Shown: positions 59,291 through 64,000 of the stretch, one piece after another | Layout: the number at the start of each line of letters is the position of its first letter | How positions within the stretch are numbered: the first letter of the stretch is position 1 | Origin: the human T2T-CHM13v2.0 reference genome, Homo sapiens | Reading direction: 5' to 3' (one strand) | NCBI RefSeq assembly: GCF_009914755.1 | Contig: NC_060930.1 | Length of the DNA: 64,000 nucleotides | The notes under the pieces: generated by a model | What the model was told of the DNA's origin: nothing | Seen by the model: only the letters and a program-made list of their open reading frames with translations | Databases searched by the model: none | Made by a program: the position numbers and the translations under genes

Positions 59291-59502
59291 GGTAATGACT
59301 TGAGCATCAGCACAGCCCAAGATGAGGTGTACCTGCACCCATCTGAAGAACATACTAATGTATTGTTACTTAAAGAAGAATCATTTACCATACATGGCAC
59401 ACATTTTCCAGTCCGTAGAAAGGAATTTATGACAGTGCTTGCGAATTTGAAGAGAGTCCTCCTACAAATCACATACAGCTTTGGGATGGATGCCATCTTC
59501 AG
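59291..59502 (+). CDS. LAMA2: LAMA2 coding exon (probably exon 14), 212 nt, GNDLSISTAQDEVYLHPSEEHTNVLLLKEESFTIHGTHFPVRRKEFMTVLANLKRVLLQITYSFGMDAIF(R)
   Basis: Long polypyrimidine tract ending ccccctttag|GGT, donor CAG|gtaaaa, phase 0-2. Overlaps track ORF 59300..59506. The motif EFMTVLANLKRVLLQ is typical of laminin IV/B domains. Confidence 0.97.
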
Positions 59503-59999
59503 GTAAAATCAAGAACTGCAGCTCCAACGTTCACACATTTACTTTGGGGCCAAGGTGCAGGAGCCGCCCCAGGAGTGAATTTTTTAAGGCACCTAGGATT
59601 TGCTGTCTTCAAAGAGCAGATAAGAACGGAGCCCTAGTTTTCTGAAAGATTTTTCTCTTAAACCTTTACAGTTTTAAATATGCAGAATAAATTTGTCTCG
59701 GTTTTTATTATTATTGATGATTCTTTCACAATTGTCAGAACATGTGATCAATAACGATTCCTATATTGAGAAATGTTATATTGGAAAATAAAGTCTCCTT
59801 TATGATGGCTCATAGCGTGGGAAGCTAAAAAGATATAAATTCCAGGGCACCCCTATTTGGAAAGTGGTTTTTAAAATATTTCCTTCCAGTAGTTGTTAAC
59901 TAGTTTCTGGCTTAATAGTATATAGATTGTAATAAGAAAAGTAAGTCTTTTCATTTAAGTGACCACCCATCTCACTATAAAACACTTTAAGACTATAAC

Positions 60000-60210
60000 A
60001 GCCATATGGTATAAAGGAAAGAATATGAACTTTGGAGCCAAACTGAATAGAAATTCAATAAGCTTTATTGCTTATTTTATGTGTGACCTTTGGCAAGTGA
60101 TTAAGCCTTGAGGAACGTTTCTTTTCAGTGTAAAGTGGATATAGTAATGCCTACTTTTCAGGGTCTTTGTTAACATGATATGTGATCATTAGGAAAGTAC
60201 TCATCACCTA
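60000..60210 (+). mobile_element. MIR remnant
   Basis: gaactttggagccaaactg...tgtgtgacctttggcaagtgattaa...tgtaaagtggatatagtaatgcctac. Confidence 0.65.
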
Positions 60211-62129
60211 GAACACTTTCAGTTTTTTTCTTGTTCTCCCCGCCCCCTTTTTTTAAAAGAGTGAACTACCTGACTTGAACCAAATATGCTCGGGTCTGAT
60301 TAACTGCTGTAAGGCGGCTTTGTTTTTTTTATTTTTAAAACAATGACATTTTTATCTGACAGAATTTTAACTTCAACTGTGTCTGAATGAGCTCTTTACG
60401 CTTCTCGTTTTCTACTCTAATAATAAATAACACAAGGTGTCATAGGAACTTCCTTCTAAATCAGGTTAAGTTAGACATTCAAATGTGACCCCAGCCTGAC
60501 AACCCGGTATACCTTTAATGAAAGCAATGTCTCCAATATTGGAGTTTTTATTGCTGACACCACCACCTCTCACCTCCCTGTCCCTCATCATTTCCCTGTG
60601 CTGCCTAGTTTGCCTTTCACTGGTAATATTTCAACTTAGTCTAATCATCATTACCATTTCCCAAAGGAGAGAACTGCAGAATCATAAACAGAACCATTGC
60701 CAAACAATGTACCTCTTTTGCATAGGCAATTCTTCTAGAAGCTGGGTTAAAATGCCATGGAGATGAGAAGCAGCACTTAGGAATTAATTATGTTTTTCAC
60801 ATTTAGCAAATAGAGGTTGTCATGATGTTTAAACAGTACAAAGAAATGAGTCCTCCAGCTTTCAAAATGAATGACAACCAAATTGACAAAAAAAGTGTCT
60901 GGGGGGCTTATATATTTTTGTCAGCATTGCTTTTCAGGCTAGTTAATACAAAGACATTTCCCCCTGATTTATGTTGGACAGTTTCAGTGTCTACCCGTCT
61001 TAAAATCACTGGTTTCATTTGCAGTCTTCTGAGGTTTCGCCATACAGGAGGAATGCATTCACAGCGCGGCTCTGTGAAATGACACAAGAGCTAATCCAAG
61101 TAGGTGGCTACTTTCTGTCACCTACATTACCTAAAGCACTGTGGTTCAATAAGTAAAAGCCAATGTCAAATTTGAAACTCCTACCCACTCAGGTGAGCTG
61201 AAAGTCGGCATGAATCTGGAGTCAGTCAGTAAGCTTGTTATATTTTATCTTTGATCTACTAGTAGATTGAGTCATATTTGTAAAACATCACTTGAATTGA
61301 TTTCAACTTGTCTTGCACAGTAGGCTTTCGACTTGGTATACTGTTTGTGTACAAGCACAAGTAAATTGAAGCTCAACAAAAATTCATATTCAGACTTATT
61401 TACAGTGGATTTACTTCCATGGCAGTTCTTTCAGCAAATGGGCTTAGGTTCCTCCAGTTAGTTATATGATTAGATGGAATTGTATAACAGAAGGAGAACT
61501 GGACTGCGGGTCAAGAATTTTGACTTTTGTTTTCAACTCAGCTATTTAATAGTTGTAAACATAAGTATGGCTTTGACCTCTTTGGACTTCAATCACTTCA
61601 TCTGTAAAATAAGGAGGAGGACAATTGCTCTGCCAGCTTCAAAAAGTCACCGCAAGAATTGAATTAGAGAGCTGCAAAAGCACTTGGCTAGTGGTAACCC
61701 AGCACACAAATATGAAGCATTTCTATCTTATCTACTTCATCCCAAAGGATCACATTTTCTCCAAATACCATTAAGACTTAGAGACCTCTAAAGAAAGGCA
61801 CATACTGGCATTTCCATACATATGACAGTTCTTACTATCATTTTTATCCAGAATGCTGAGACCCATTAGATAAAATTAATTTATTTTCTTCTCGCTGTCT
61901 TCACTAGGAAGATGAAGGCACAAGTAGAAAACTCTTCATTCTTCTTTTAAGAATATAAGAGAAATCAACCTAACTGAACTGTGCATCTTTCACCTTTAAA
62001 TTATCCAAGACTTGGATTTAGTAACATCCTTGGTCTTTAAATCAAGAAAGGCTTTTATGAAGCACCTATATTAGATATAGAACTCTGCACAAAGTGTATT
62101 TTCCTCTAACTTTACAGTAGACATTAGTA

Positions 62130-62790
<661 letters not shown>

Positions 62791-63359
62791 TTCATCACGA
62801 TATAACTCATGAGTATTGCTTGAAAATAAATACAGAATCTTTTCAAGGCAAGATATTTTTACACAACTTTTAGTGTAAATTTTGCGGTTTGGGATCAAAA
62901 AAGATTATACAGAATTTATATAATAAATAATCTAGAAAAATTCCTTTGTAAACAAAGGAGTCTTTGATAATCATAGAAATAGTATTGATAGGTACACAGT
63001 ATACCTCTGCCTTCTGAAGTTAATGATTTGGGTAACTACATTTTGAAGACATTTTACTGATAACACTAGGACTTAAAAAGATTTTTGCAGCTCACTTGGC
63101 ATCCGGCCATTGGTAAGAGGTGCAGCCAACATTTTACCCTACGTTTCCTTCCCATTATCTTTGACTACCTCCCAATGCTATTCCATAAGTGTTGGATTCG
63201 TTCAGTCTGCAAATATTTACTGAGCACCTTCCATGATTATCTCTGTAAATCTCAGTTCCTCTTGTATACAATGGCAGAAACAATGTCTAAATTTCAATTG
63301 GCAATTAAGTGAAAACATAATGTATGTTAAGCACCTGAAATAGTATCTAACATATGTTG

Positions 63360-63605
63360 GGAGGCAATGCAGGGTAACAAGGAGATCTTTGGTTTTGGAG
63401 TCATGCTTGGGTTTGAATCTATGCTGCACCCTTTGCTAATGGTATTATGTTGGACAAGGCTCTTTACTCCTCTGAGCCTCAGATTCTTCATTTGTAAATG
63501 TGAATAGACATGGGTTGTTACATTGTTTATTGATACTTAAATGAAATGTCTTTCCAGCCTGTATCATAGTACACAGAAAATAGTAGACAGTAAGTAGTAA
63601 CTATT
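63360..63605 (+). mobile_element. MIR remnant
   Basis: ttttggagtca...gggtttgaatct...ctctgagcctcagattcttcatttgtaaatg. Confidence 0.7.
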
Positions 63606-63729
63606 AAAAAGCAGTCATTCTAGGCTAGGCTATAAGGATACAAAGGTGGACAAATGATCATTCAGTTCAAAGAAGGCATTGTACAGTAGAGAAGACAGAT
63701 ATACATATACATACTGTACATTTATGATA

Positions 63730-63795
63730 ATATAAATAGTGCAGAAGAAGTGTGCACAATGCATATAAATAGTGCAGAAGAAGTGTGCGCAGTGC
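63730..63795. repeat. Tandem duplication of a 33-bp unit
   Basis: ATATAAATAGTGCAGAAGAAGTGTGC(A/G)CA(A/G)TGC twice. Confidence 0.9.
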
Positions 63796-63968
63796 ATACT
63801 GGTAGAACTAAGAAGGAAGCAATGAATTCTTGTGTTAGCATTTAATACACTTTTAATAAATAGCTGCAAAAGTATCAGTTTCTGTCAGTTACTGCTCTTA
63901 CTCGATGTGGGATTGAAAATGTTTAAAGAAAATATCTTGCTATATATATATAAAAAACAAATTATATA

Positions 63969-63970
<2 letters not shown>

Positions 63971-64000
<30 letters not shown>
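63971..64000. repeat. (AT)n microsatellite running off the window end
   Basis: Directly visible. Confidence 0.9.

Overview
Primate (most likely human) genomic DNA from inside the laminin subunit alpha-2 gene (LAMA2), + strand. I identified it by recognising the spliced translation QALPHSYYWSAPAPYLGNK|LPAVGGQLTFTISYDLEEEEEDTERVLQLMIILE|GNDLSISTAQDEVYL...GMDAIFR (first laminin IV type A / L4a domain). The window holds the 3' end of one coding exon (1-59), a ~57-kb intron, two further coding exons (57317-57418, 59291-59502; probably exons 12, 13 and 14, numbering from memory) and the start of the next intron. The rest is AT-rich intron packed with transposable elements: 13 Alus, a near-full-length antisense L1PA5-like element, a 5'-truncated L1PA3-like element, old L1M/L2/MIR/CR1 remnants, MER4, MLT/MST and MLT2 solo LTRs, Tigger2a, MER1B, and several microsatellites. 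Almost all ORFs in the supplied track are repeat artefacts. The most interesting hypothesis is that the antisense L1 keeps an intact, extended ORF0 on the LAMA2 strand with a strong phase-0 splice donor, which could join ORF0 in frame to the next LAMA2 exon. Other candidates are an in-frame 42/45-nt microexon, a triplet of perfect MEF2 sites, a long inverted L1 pair and a (GGAA)15 microsatellite next to a strong donor. All of these are sequence-based predictions, not demonstrated activities, and repeat subfamily calls are from memory of consensus sequences.
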